IMG/VR virus record: IMGVR_UViG_3300037264_000454
Span: 1 to 59,996 of that record
From: a virus
Taxonomy: Duplodnaviria; Caudoviricetes
DNA length: 59,996 nucleotides
Strand: one strand, 5' to 3'
Of the stretch, positions 44,499 to 53,646 are shown one piece after another (positions within the stretch are counted from its first letter, which is position 1; every line of letters starts with the position of its first letter). The notes under the pieces were generated by a model, which was not told where the DNA came from, did not search any database, and worked only from the letters and a program-made list of their open reading frames with translations. A program made the translations under genes and the position numbers.

Positions 44499-45410
44499 TC
44501 AGTCTCTCGTGCGCCAGTTCGACATCCTCGCCGCGAGCTGCATCTTGTACCATTCCGGCAGCCCGGATATGGACTTGCGCAAGAGGTCGTCGCCGAACTC
44601 GCGCCAGAGGAAGTCGCGGATCGCCTCGGACTCCTCTTCGGCGATGTCGCGCTTCACTTCGACGATGAGCTTGCCGATGTCACGCGGCGCACCATCCAGA
44701 AGACTCGCATCGCGCAGGTGTTGCACGGCCTTCTGCCAGCGCGCTTCCGTACGGAAACCGTCAACGAATACATCCCACTTCCCCCGGCTCGTGTTTTCGC
44801 GGCTCCAGTCCTTGATATGCCGCTCCTTGAACTTCTCCGAGACAAGCTTGCCTGCCATGAGTGGGATCGGCTGGCCGCCCAGCAGGAACGGCTTCGCGTA
44901 GTTCTTGACGACGACTCCCTCGACCGTCGTGCCGCCGAGGTAGCTGCCGCGCTCTAGGAACGTGGTCAGTTGTGCGACGGATTCGACCACGCCCTCGTAG
45001 ATGACCGGGACCACGTCGCAGCCCAACTCTCCGGCAAACCCGGACAGTTGCGCGTAGTCGCAGAAGGTGCCGCCGACGCTACTGGCGCCAAAGAGTGCGA
45101 CGTTCGACTTCGGCACGCGCTCGTAGGCCAGCGTATTGTGCTTCGGCTTGGCCAGCGTCTCGCCGTAGAAGACGACGCCCTCGGGAAGCGGTGCCGCGAA
45201 TGCGAACTCGACGGCGGGCGAGAACAGTTTGTCGGCCGTCTCGCGGAATATCTCGCGGCCCCTGGAGCGCACGCGCACCTCGCCGTCGAAGCGGCCGAAG
45301 ATGAACTGGCTGCCGTCGATCTTCTCCGTCACTTCCACCGGCCCATCGAACAGGTCGCGGATGTAGTCGGTGCCGACGGCGAAGATTTTGGGGAAGGCGT
45401 GAAAGCTCAT
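44499..45410 (-). CDS. RNA ligase (second, Rnl2-like)
   Basis: TEKIDGSQF, YGE, EGVVVK and KLVSEKFKE motifs. Confidence 0.8.
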   Translation of the reverse strand: MSFHAFPKIFAVGTDYIRDLFDGPVEVTEKIDGSQFIFGRFDGEVRVRSRGREIFRETADKLFSPAVEFAFAAPLPEGVVFYGETLAKPKHNTLAYERVPKSNVALFGASSVGGTFCDYAQLSGFAGELGCDVVPVIYEGVVESVAQLTTFLERGSYLGGTTVEGVVVKNYAKPFLLGGQPIPLMAGKLVSEKFKERHIKDWSRENTSRGKWDVFVDGFRTEARWQKAVQHLRDASLLDGAPRDIGKLIVEVKRDIAEEESEAIRDFLWREFGDDLLRKSISGLPEWYKMQLAARMSNWRTRD

Positions 45411-45493
45411 ACCGGCACCCTAGCAAGTGAAGCCGACGCAACCGTCGCACCCCCCGCGACAGCCCCCGCACAGCCGCGTGCTACACTGCTGGC

Positions 45494-45907
45494 ATGAATG
45501 TCGCCGACGCGCTCGCCGTGTGGGTGCGCGACGGGCTGCCTTGCGGGCGCCGGCCGCGTACTGTCGGCACGCATGCGGGAATAGTCGAGGACGTGCTCGT
45601 GCCGCGCTTCGGTCGCGTGGCGTTGTCCGACCTGTCTCCGAAATCGATCGCGCGCTGGCAGCACGACATGATCCGCGACGGGCTGGCTCTCTCGACCGTC
45701 AGACAACGCGCCGGGACGCTGCGTCTGGCGCTGGCCTGGATGGTGACGGCGGGGATGCTTGCCGAGAGTCCGGCGAACTATGTGAGGATGCCGCGCAGGG
45801 TGAAGCAGGTGACGCCGGCGGGCGTCGTCAGTCTAGCGGAGTGGCGCAGGCGGAGAGTGGTCTGTTGCCGTATCCATGGTTACATTCTACCCGAACGGCG
45901 TGCATGA
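45494..45907 (+). CDS. tyrosine-integrase core-binding (SAM-like) domain without catalytic domain
   Basis: LVPRFGRVALSDL...LSTVR....LRLALAWMV..G.LAESPA..V..P; no R-H-R-Y catalytic region follows. Confidence 0.65.
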   Translation: MNVADALAVWVRDGLPCGRRPRTVGTHAGIVEDVLVPRFGRVALSDLSPKSIARWQHDMIRDGLALSTVRQRAGTLRLALAWMVTAGMLAESPANYVRMPRRVKQVTPAGVVSLAEWRRRRVVCCRIHGYILPERRA

Positions 45908-45955
45908 ACTGACCACCTGGGCGAGCGTGATGGGGATGGGCGAGTGACCCGTCCC

Positions 45956-46423
45956 CTACTCGCCGTCGGCCTCCTCGCTGCGCGCGAACTCGATCTCGCT
46001 CCGCAGCGCGATCGCGTCGTCGCGGCGCATCCTCACCTCGCCGCTGTCAGTGAGCCACGCGCCGGGGAGACGGTCGCCACGATACCAATCGCGCACCGTC
46101 TGCGGACTGACGCCGAGTACCCCGGCGATCGCGGCGCTGCGCAGAGTGAGGTTGAGTCTCACCGTGCAATCGCCGGTGGTGTCGACCTCGTTGAGGGTCT
46201 CGAGGATCTGCGAGGACGTACCGTCGTCGCTGACCGGCACGCCGCCGACAAACAGGCGCTCGTAGTAGTAGGTTCCGGGGCCGATGAGGCGCGTACGCTC
46301 GACGATGGCGCGGCGAACGGCCTTGACGGTGCCGACGTGGTCGGGTTTCGCCGGCGCGTGGGTTGTCGACCAGCCGTATCCGAGGTTGCGGGTCTGGCGC
46401 GTGATGGTGGCTGTGGTCTGCAT
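45956..46423 (-). CDS. HTH DNA-binding protein, copy 2
   Basis: Near-identical to 38636-39121, inverted. Confidence 0.75.
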   Translation of the reverse strand: MQTTATITRQTRNLGYGWSTTHAPAKPDHVGTVKAVRRAIVERTRLIGPGTYYYERLFVGGVPVSDDGTSSQILETLNEVDTTGDCTVRLNLTLRSAAIAGVLGVSPQTVRDWYRGDRLPGAWLTDSGEVRMRRDDAIALRSEIEFARSEEADGE

Positions 46424-46453
46424 GGTGGTCTCCTCTCGGTATCGTCTGTCTCG

Positions 46454-46702
46454 TCAGATGCAGTCGTTGCAGATTCCGCTACCGGCGATGGTCGTGAACA
46501 TGTAGGCGGGGAGACGGCGGCCGCAGCGGCTGCAACGATGATCGGCGATCGCGCGCTGGCGAGCGGTCTCGGCCTCGCGTGCGATCTGATCGTCGGCGGC
46601 TGCGGTGTAGTAGGAGTCGGACTCGGCGGCCTCGGAGGCCAGAAACGCGGCCTCATCGGCGGCGGTGTGCTGGGGCTCATCTGTGTAATCCGTGTAGTAC
46701 AT
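46454..46702 (-). CDS. hypothetical protein with C-terminal zinc finger
   Basis: GGAGG RBS; CSRC..CNDC. Confidence 0.6.
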   Translation of the reverse strand: MYYTDYTDEPQHTAADEAAFLASEAAESDSYYTAAADDQIAREAETARQRAIADHRCSRCGRRLPAYMFTTIAGSGICNDCI

Positions 46703-46810
46703 GACCCCTCCTGTCTCCGTTGCCTTACACTGTGTAGTATACCCTATCAAACGGCATATGCAACACTAAAACGCATGGAAATGTTAAGAACATGTTAAGA
46801 ACATGTTAAG
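46700..46810 (-). promoter_or_regulatory. promoter/RBS block, copy 2, with CTTAACATGTT tandem repeats
   Basis: Minus strand TTGCAT-16 nt-TATACT; inverted copy of 38301-38401. Confidence 0.7.
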
Positions 46811-46969
46811 GGCGGCTGGATCGTGCTGAGTTCGGTGTCGCAAGTGGCGAAGACTCTGTGGCGTCGGCCGAGTTCGTCGGGGTTCTCGACGCAGACTTGC
46901 CAGCGGGTGTTGCGCTTGCGGATGGACATGGGGGGGGATTATAGCGGGTGGGCGGGCTGGCGGAGGTGG

Positions 46970-47290
46970 TTAGGTTGGATTCGGGGCGGGGGTGGGGGGG
47001 TGCTCGGCGTCGTACTCTGCGGCGGTAATGGACAATACCTGCTCCGTCGTTTTTTGACTCGGATACTCTGACGGGTCGAGGACGTGAACGACCGTAGTGG
47101 CAGCCGACACATTCAGCGCCAGACGTCCCACCATCCATTCGGCCCGCTCCAGCCGCACGGCGAGGGCGGAGAGAGCGGCGTAGTCCTCTGTCTTCCGGAT
47201 GTCGTCGCCCATGTATGAGAAGGTCTGCCACCAGTTCTCGACCATCATCGGGCAGTCCTCGGCGGCAAGCAGTCTCTCAAGTGCGCTCAT
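46970..47290 (-). CDS. hypothetical protein, paralogue of 50173-50487
   Basis: EDCP..RLERAEW..YDAEHP shared. Confidence 0.55.
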   Translation of the reverse strand: MSALERLLAAEDCPMMVENWWQTFSYMGDDIRKTEDYAALSALAVRLERAEWMVGRLALNVSAATTVVHVLDPSEYPSQKTTEQVLSITAAEYDAEHPPTPAPNPT

Positions 47291-48324
47291 GCGTTTACCT
47301 CCATCTGCAACTGGTCCCGCCACGGCGCGACTCGCTTCTCTGCCAGCGCCGCGTACTCGGGATTGAGTTCGATGCCGACGAACTTGCGACCGAGGCGATA
47401 CGCGACGGCTCCCGTGGTGCCGCTGCCGCAGAACGGGTCGAGAATGGATCCTCCGTCCGGGCACCCGGCGACCGCGCAACGGCGGGCGAGTTCTTCCGGC
47501 ATGACCGCGAAGTGCGCCTCGGCGTACTGGGCGGGGGCAATAATCCACACGTCGCGCATCATCACGGGGGCGCTCATCTGCTCATCGCGGCTCATAGCGT
47601 CCCAGCGGTCATTGAAGCCGTCGTGGCGACGTCCATGGCCCCGTTGCTTGCCAGACATAGCCTTCATGGGGCCGTTGGTCTTTGCGCCCGCGTTGGCCCT
47701 GTGGCTGCCCGATTGCAGCTGTAGGTGCTGCATAAGGCGTGCCATTGTGGACTCTCGTGGCGGCGTCTTGATTGCGTCGAAGTCGCTCCAGTAGCGTGCC
47801 GACTTCGTGAGCATGTAGACCATCTCGTGCGCCGACGTGCAGCGATCCCCCTGCGAGCCGGGCATCCCGTTTGGCTTGGCCCACACGATCTCCGACCGGA
47901 GCCACCATCCGTCCGCCTGGAGGGCCATGGCGAGGCGGGCGGGAATCATGCAGAGGTCTTTGGGCTTGAGGCCAGTCGGTGGCGGCTTGCGTCTACCCAC
48001 GTCATGCGACGGGACTCGCCCATCGTCGGTCTGGGTATGCTTGCCGGGGTTCTGTCCGCCGCCCCACTTGTCGGTGTTGTTGTACGAGTCCCCCAGATTC
48101 AGCCACAGCGTCCCGTCGTCGCGCAGCACACGGCGCACTTCTCGGAACACGGCGACGAGGTTGTCGACGTAGGATTCGGGGGTGGGTTCTAGGCCGAGCT
48201 GGGCGTCTGTGCCGTAGTCGCGCAGGCCCCAGTACGGCGGGCTGGTGATGCAGCAGTTGACGGACTCGGGTTCAAGCGTGGGCAGGATGTCGAAGACGTT
48301 GCCGGTGAGGATGCCTTCGATCAT
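47287..48324 (-). CDS. DNA methyltransferase (N4-cytosine/N6-adenine, SPPY type)
   Basis: TSPPYWGLRDY, WLNLGDSY, HFAVMP, DPFCGSGTTG, GIELNPEY. Confidence 0.92.
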   Translation of the reverse strand: MIEGILTGNVFDILPTLEPESVNCCITSPPYWGLRDYGTDAQLGLEPTPESYVDNLVAVFREVRRVLRDDGTLWLNLGDSYNNTDKWGGGQNPGKHTQTDDGRVPSHDVGRRKPPPTGLKPKDLCMIPARLAMALQADGWWLRSEIVWAKPNGMPGSQGDRCTSAHEMVYMLTKSARYWSDFDAIKTPPRESTMARLMQHLQLQSGSHRANAGAKTNGPMKAMSGKQRGHGRRHDGFNDRWDAMSRDEQMSAPVMMRDVWIIAPAQYAEAHFAVMPEELARRCAVAGCPDGGSILDPFCGSGTTGAVAYRLGRKFVGIELNPEYAALAEKRVAPWRDQLQMEVNA

Positions 48325-48606
48325 GCCGCAACACTACAGATCGCACCTCGGGGAACCGTCGCACTTGAGCGTAGATGGCGGTCTTTGCCACCCTCTATGG
48401 CAACGTTTACGGCAACACGCCCGTTTCGTCCGTCGCGGTCAGCCGGTAAAGTGCCTGCGTAACGGTCACTTTCGCCGCCCTCGCAGCCCGTTAGGCAAGC
48501 GGCTCTCCGAGGCGCTCGCTGCGTTGACAACGTGTGACGGTTTGTGCCGGTTTGCAGGCCATTTGAGCGGGGGCGGCTTGGGAACGTCATGGCAACGGCT
48601 GCCACG

Positions 48607-49185
48607 TTAGGCTCGTGTGACATCGTCTTCGGCAACGTTTTTGGCAACGTCGGCGCAGAACTCGCAGTCGCAGCCGGGGATGTCCCGGACGTGACCCCAC
48701 CTTGTGCGATGGCCGATCCTACCGACTTCGGTGTGGGAGATCCCGAACATGGCGCCGATAACTCTTTGACTCATGTCGCCGGAATTGAGCAGTGTGCGTA
48801 TTTGCCGCACGTCTGCCTCGGATACTTTGGCTACGTTCGTGCGTTCGCCGTAGGGGTGCGCCCCATGACTCCGCTTGTCGTCGGCGTTCTGCTTGGCCGT
48901 ACCCCATGCGAGGTTTGACAGTTCGTTGTTTGATTTGTCGCCGTCTAGGTGCCGACACTCGTGTCCCGTGGGGCGCGAACCGACCCAAGCCTCGAGAACC
49001 GCGCGATGGATGCGAATGCTTCGTCTGCGGATGACGTAGTATCCGTAGCCCCAGCGATCTACCTGCCCGGCCAACCAGTTCCCGCGCGGGCCGCAAATGC
49101 GCCCATGTCGGCTCACGAAGTATCCAGCGTATCCCGGAAGGGGTTTCACCTGCTCAAGCGTCAGGGTCTTCACGTCAGTCCCCAT
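48607..49185 (-). CDS. HNH endonuclease (NUMOD4-like N-terminus, HTH C-terminus)
   Basis: YFVSRHG, IHRAVLEAWVG..ECRHLDGDKSNNELSNLAWGT..N. Confidence 0.85.
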   Translation of the reverse strand: MGTDVKTLTLEQVKPLPGYAGYFVSRHGRICGPRGNWLAGQVDRWGYGYYVIRRRSIRIHRAVLEAWVGSRPTGHECRHLDGDKSNNELSNLAWGTAKQNADDKRSHGAHPYGERTNVAKVSEADVRQIRTLLNSGDMSQRVIGAMFGISHTEVGRIGHRTRWGHVRDIPGCDCEFCADVAKNVAEDDVTRA

Positions 49186-49525
49186 CGAAGACCCCCTCGG
49201 GATACTGCTTGGCCCATGCGAGAAGCCGCGCAAGAGCCGCGCCCGCGTTGCCCGGCGTCGCGCACCAGTAGTCCTGGTCGCGATCCGTGCCGAGTGCGGC
49301 AACGGCCGCCTCAAGCCGCTCGACCGTCCCGGCACCCGTCTTGCCGTAGAGCCAGCGAATGCCAAGTTCAGCGTCGAGATGCTCGCGGAAGTGGTGCACG
49401 TAGTTGTAGGTCACGTTGAGCTCGGCGACGTCTGTACCGCCGACGCGGTAGGTGCCGCCGTCCTCGAAGCGGTCGACGTAGAGTTCGGTTCCGTCGCGAT
49501 TCGTCATTTCGATGTCGTAGCTCAT
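49175..49525 (-). CDS. conserved phage hypothetical protein
   Basis: MSYDI..LNVTYNY..L.GKTG..YW..TPGNA. Confidence 0.65.
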   Translation of the reverse strand: MSYDIEMTNRDGTELYVDRFEDGGTYRVGGTDVAELNVTYNYVHHFREHLDAELGIRWLYGKTGAGTVERLEAAVAALGTDRDQDYWCATPGNAGAALARLLAWAKQYPEGVFDGD

Positions 49526-49535
49526 CCCTCTCCCC

Positions 49536-50042
49536 TCACGCAACCACAAGCGCGAGTTGCTGACATTCCGATTCTACGCCCGCCGGCCGACAGAGCGTCG
49601 CATGGGCGCCGTCCTTGATACGTACCGACATGCCGCGCCGTCCGGCGGCGTCGAGGTATGACCAGCCCGTGAGCGCGTAGCCGACCCGCGCCGACTCCGT
49701 GTCGATCAGCATGCCGTGACGCTGGCGCAGGCGGTTGACGATGCGATGCACGTCGCGGCGATCGGCGACGACCCCGCAACCGGCGAGCTGCGCGCAGACG
49801 TTGATACGTTCGCCGGGGTACAGGGCGGCGTGCTGTGCGAGCAGACCGGCGATGAGCGGCAGCAGGGCGGGATCGTCGCAGGTGTCGTCTGGCGGTGCGG
49901 CTTGCGGCGCCTCGGGCATGTACTGCTCCATCTCGCGGAAGAGGCGCAGGCAGGGGTCGCAGAGGCCGTGCGGATTCCAGGCGTCGGGTTCGTGGTCGTC
50001 GCGCAGGACGGCGTGGCAGCGGGGGCAGGCGGTCACAGTCAC
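49536..50042 (-). CDS. hypothetical protein (Zn knuckle plus wHTH-like)
   Basis: CPRC..CDPC; GTGA overlap. Confidence 0.5.
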   Translation of the reverse strand: MTVTACPRCHAVLRDDHEPDAWNPHGLCDPCLRLFREMEQYMPEAPQAAPPDDTCDDPALLPLIAGLLAQHAALYPGERINVCAQLAGCGVVADRRDVHRIVNRLRQRHGMLIDTESARVGYALTGWSYLDAAGRRGMSVRIKDGAHATLCRPAGVESECQQLALVVA

Positions 50043-50172
50043 CAACTCGGTAGCCCGCACATGGCGTAGTATGCGACCACGAGCTTCGTCACGCACCAAG
50101 CCGCCCACTCGAATGACTCTCGGCAACGCGACACGTCGGCGGTGATGCGTACCGTCAGTTCCCCGGCGGCGG

Positions 50173-50487
50173 TCATACCGGGTGCTCGGCGTCGTAGCGG
50201 GAGGCATAGTAGTCCATCATCTCGCCGAGGGTGGATTCTCCATCTCCGGCGTCGTCGCGGTAGTCTCGGCAGATGTCCCGCGCTACCCACTCCGCCCGCT
50301 CCAGCCGCGCGATGAGGGCGTTGAGGGCACCGAATACGGCGCGACTGACTACTGGCGGGTCGTACAGCATCCAGCCCATCATCGAGGGGGCGAAGTCGGT
50401 TCCGTTGCCGTTTCCGGTGTCCATCCGTACCAGCTTCGTCACTGCCGATGGGCAGTCCTCGCGCTTGAGGTAGGATTCGAGGGTCAT
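50173..50487 (-). CDS. hypothetical protein, paralogue of 46970-47290
   Basis: Shared motifs as above. Confidence 0.55.
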   Translation of the reverse strand: MTLESYLKREDCPSAVTKLVRMDTGNGNGTDFAPSMMGWMLYDPPVVSRAVFGALNALIARLERAEWVARDICRDYRDDAGDGESTLGEMMDYYASRYDAEHPV

Positions 50488-50825
50488 GGCTGTGGCCTCA
50501 GTTCCTTCGCGTTGTCGAAGACCATAAGAAGCTGGTTCCCGTCCGTGTGCGTGTCGACTACGATAAGGGTGCAGTCGTCAGCGCGATACACCCAGCGAGG
50601 CAGGTGGCGCTGTGTGTAGACCTCGGCGCTGTAGGTGTTCTCGTCATTGCCGCTCACGAGGTCGTCACGGACAGGCGACCAACGGACCTCTCCCGGCCCT
50701 TCGCCGTCGAGTTCCCACCACACGTCGCGACTGTCTTCGGGTGGTAGCGCGCGCCAACCCTCGACATAGCCGAAGTGCTCGAAGACCTTCTCGCGCAGGG
50801 CGAAGTAGTCGTCCAGTAAGCTCAT
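50484..50825 (-). CDS. conserved phage hypothetical protein
   Basis: FGYVEGW..YTQRHLPRWVYR..VDTHTDGN. Confidence 0.65.
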   Translation of the reverse strand: MSLLDDYFALREKVFEHFGYVEGWRALPPEDSRDVWWELDGEGPGEVRWSPVRDDLVSGNDENTYSAEVYTQRHLPRWVYRADDCTLIVVDTHTDGNQLLMVFDNAKELRPQP

Positions 50826-51136
50826 CCCAACACCCCCCGTATCGTATCAACCGCCGTAGCGTCTCTGACTTGCGACCCCGTGAACGTCAGCACCCGCCAA
50901 CCCATCGCCGTCGCCGTATTGCGCTTCTCATTATCCCTTCCCATCTGCCTGCCGCGACAGTGCGCGCCCCGTGTCCACTCGCCGCCGTCGACCTCGACCA
51001 TGAGCATGTGATCCGGCCAGGCGAAGTCCGCCAACCAGCGGCGAGGCGGTGCGAATCGCAGTTGCCTCACCGGCTCCGGCAGCTTGTACGCGGCGATGTC
51101 GCGGGCTAGGTGGGCTTCTAGGGGGGATTCGGTCAT
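50822..51136 (-). CDS. Vsr/DUF559-like PD-(D/E)XK endonuclease
   Basis: RRWLADFAWP..VEVDGG..H..D.EKRN.A...GWRVL.FT. Confidence 0.75.
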   Translation of the reverse strand: MTESPLEAHLARDIAAYKLPEPVRQLRFAPPRRWLADFAWPDHMLMVEVDGGEWTRGAHCRGRQMGRDNEKRNTATAMGWRVLTFTGSQVRDATAVDTIRGVLG

Positions 51137-51720
51137 CCCCGCGCCTCCCATCGGCTTGGGGTGAAGTGGCAGGGCACGTGGCCCGGTGCCGTCACGAATG
51201 AGTGCCGACCTGGGTGAACGCAATACTCGTTCCGGCTTCGCCACACGCAGTTCCCGCAGCACTTCAGCCGCTCCACTAGGTCCCGTAGAGGCGATAGGGC
51301 CGCATCAAGTTTCCGGTGGCAGCGGACGCACAGCCAAACCACGTCGAGCGGTCGGTCGTAGTCAACGTGAGCGCCCTCAACTCGTCCGTCTACCTCACAC
51401 CAGGAGCAGGAGCCCGGTCGCACCAAGTCTCCGCGCCGGACCGCCTTATCGACGTGGTCGTTGGCCCGCTTCCTGTCGGGGTATTTGGCCCGATAGCTTT
51501 TCCTTTGAGTGGCGAGGGATTCAGGGTGACGCTCCCGATACCTACGCTGTTCTTCAGCCTTGCGGATGGGGTCGTAGGTCTGGTCCCGATACAGCTTGTT
51601 GGCCGCGTTTCGACACCTCTTGCAGGCCGCTCGAAGCCCTCCCTTGACGGTCGAATCTCTGCCGTATTCCGATTCCGGCTTCAGTTCATCGCACTGGCTA
51701 CACCTCTTCATTGACCTCAA
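51133..51720 (-). CDS. HNH-like zinc-binding endonuclease with C-terminal CCGNC module
   Basis: KRCSQC..CKRC; CSWC..H.DYDRPLDVVWLCVRCH. Confidence 0.7.
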   Translation of the reverse strand: MRSMKRCSQCDELKPESEYGRDSTVKGGLRAACKRCRNAANKLYRDQTYDPIRKAEEQRRYRERHPESLATQRKSYRAKYPDRKRANDHVDKAVRRGDLVRPGSCSWCEVDGRVEGAHVDYDRPLDVVWLCVRCHRKLDAALSPLRDLVERLKCCGNCVWRSRNEYCVHPGRHSFVTAPGHVPCHFTPSRWEARG

Positions 51721-51926
51721 GTCTCCTCTTCAGTTCGGCGTTCTCCGCTTCGAGGGCGGCGATGCGGGCAAGGCAGGAGTCGAGCATGTCGGGTGTGACG
51801 GCGCTGGCCGTGCGCCATTGTTCGTAGTTGAAGCTCATGGCTTCCTCCAGATTCTCCAGCACACGTAAAGGATGCAGCCCAACCAGAATCCCATGGCAAC
51901 CATGTAGCCTGACATGTAGCCGTCAC

Positions 51927-52199
51927 TCATCCCCGCGCATCCCATCGGCTCGGCTTCATGTCACAGGCATCGTAGGAGCTGACGTAGTGCTCCCCATACC
52001 CGAAGTCCGGTTGGTCGCCGTGGGTGCAGCGTTGGTACTCTTCGGCATTGTGCGACTTGCAGTTCCCGCAGCACCGGAGCCGTTCGTTCTCCGCTTCGAG
52101 GGCGGCGATGCGGTCGTCCTTGGCGCACACCGGACACTCCGCGAGCATGATGGAGTCGTACACGAGATCGGTCCCACACTTGAAACACTCAGCACCCAC
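51927..52199 (-). CDS. Cys-rich protein with CCGNC module
   Basis: CFKC..CPVC..RCCGNC..PSRW. Confidence 0.55.
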   Translation of the reverse strand: MGAECFKCGTDLVYDSIMLAECPVCAKDDRIAALEAENERLRCCGNCKSHNAEEYQRCTHGDQPDFGYGEHYVSSYDACDMKPSRWDARG

Positions 52200-52467
52200 G
52201 GTCGGCCTCCTTCTCCAGTAGCGAGAGGGCGAGGGCGCAGACGACCATCGCGTTCAGGATGTACACTTGTGCCTCTACTTCCGCTGTCTTGCTTCTCTTC
52301 CATGCGTGCCCGAATAGGATATTGGTAGCTGTGGCAAGAAACGATTCGGCGATGTTGGTCAGGTCGCGCACCGACCGATCTGGGAACCAATGTCTTGTGT
52401 CAAACTCCCCCGCCCGCTTCTTCATCAGCACCACGGCGGCGTCTATCTGGGCGTCAATGCTGGGCAT
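52189..52467 (-). CDS. hypothetical protein
   Basis: Co-oriented ORF with RBS. Confidence 0.45.
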   Translation of the reverse strand: MPSIDAQIDAAVVLMKKRAGEFDTRHWFPDRSVRDLTNIAESFLATATNILFGHAWKRSKTAEVEAQVYILNAMVVCALALSLLEKEADRGC

Positions 52468-52640
52468 CGGTGGCCTCCCTCTGGGCGCACCACCGCACAA
52501 GCTCCTCGCGGCATGGTCGGCACAGTTCGACTCTCTTGATGTAGAAGCTGTACGGCGGGCCGATTGTGATGACGTTCGGCGGGCCTTTGATTATCTCCTC
52601 GCATCGGTCACAGTGATGGTGCTTCATCCCCGGCCTCCTT

Positions 52641-53162
52641 CTAGGCGCGGTAGCGGCGTACAAGTTCCCCGGCAGAGCAGTTGTTCCAGCGACCGACCAT
52701 GCGAAGTGCCCCGGCGAAGTCCTCCCTCTCCGCTGTCACGGCGGCGAGTTGGGCCTTGAGGTCGATGATGTTCTCGACGATGCTCTTGCCGTTGTACTCT
52801 GAGATTCCCAGAGCCGCCCACGATTGAGCACAGCAGCAGTCTTTGCAGTGGTCCACCGGCAGGGCGTAGGGGTCAGTGGTCGGCTCTGGTTCTGTTATCT
52901 CCTTGGGGCCGTCTGGTGAGCGCGTGATGCACCAGCTACCCGCCATCTGGCCGTCGCAGGGACGGGCGCACTTCTTGTCGATGCAGTCGAACTTGTACCC
53001 CGGCTGGCAGTAGCCGTCGATTCCCTCGTCGCCACCAATGTCTTGACCGCACGGCGCGAGGTCGTCGAGTTCGCAGCCGCAGGGTTCGTCGGGGCAGTAC
53101 AAGCCGCCGTAGCCGCCATCGACCAGCTTCTGCTTGAGGCGTTCTCTGGGGTCAGTGGTCAT
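52641..53162 (-). CDS. Cys-rich hypothetical protein
   Basis: GYGGLY..CGC..DLAPC; CKDCCCAQSW. Confidence 0.55.
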   Translation of the reverse strand: MTTDPRERLKQKLVDGGYGGLYCPDEPCGCELDDLAPCGQDIGGDEGIDGYCQPGYKFDCIDKKCARPCDGQMAGSWCITRSPDGPKEITEPEPTTDPYALPVDHCKDCCCAQSWAALGISEYNGKSIVENIIDLKAQLAAVTAEREDFAGALRMVGRWNNCSAGELVRRYRA

Positions 53163-53340
53163 GGTGGGCCTCCCGGATTGCTGAGCGCAGGCTGTCTACC
53201 TTCTCGACCGTCATGCTCCCTCGCCTCGTCTCTCTCGCTTTCTGTAGCCATGAGCGTCATGCTCGACACGGCTCCGTCTTTGTACTCTGCCAGTTCTTGT
53301 GTCACGGCGGCGAGTTGGTCTCGTAGGCTGGCGTTCCCGG

Positions 53341-53646
53341 CTACCACTCCGGCCAATTCTGGGTGAGTTCGGCCTCGAGGGCATCACGGTGAGCCACCAG
53401 CGCGGCGCACTCGTCCTTTTCGGCGGCGAGTTGGGCCTCGGCTTGCTCGCGCTGCCGCTTCTGCGAGTCGAACGCGATGTCGGAGAGTTTCGCCTCGGCG
53501 TCCTGTTCCCTCACCAGCGCACAGAGGGCGGCGAGGGCTTCGCGGACGACCGACTTCAGACAGTTCCGGTAGCCGCTCTCCGTCCACCTCAAAGCCTTCG
53601 CCAACTCCGGGCACTCCACCGGCAGGGCGTAGGGGTCAGTGGTCAT
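53341..53646 (-). CDS. coiled-coil hypothetical protein
   Basis: Shares its RBS/start sequence with 52641-53162. Confidence 0.5.
   Translation of the reverse strand: MTTDPYALPVECPELAKALRWTESGYRNCLKSVVREALAALCALVREQDAEAKLSDIAFDSQKRQREQAEAQLAAEKDECAALVAHRDALEAELTQNWPEW

Noticed and set aside
38636-46423. Diversity-generating retroelement TR/VR pair
   Set aside because: No reverse transcriptase in the window, the copies are whole genes, and the differences do not look confined to adenines.
48321-48647. 108-aa ORF between the HNH gene and the methyltransferase
   Set aside because: No recognisable motif and atypical composition; it may be real but I cannot support it.
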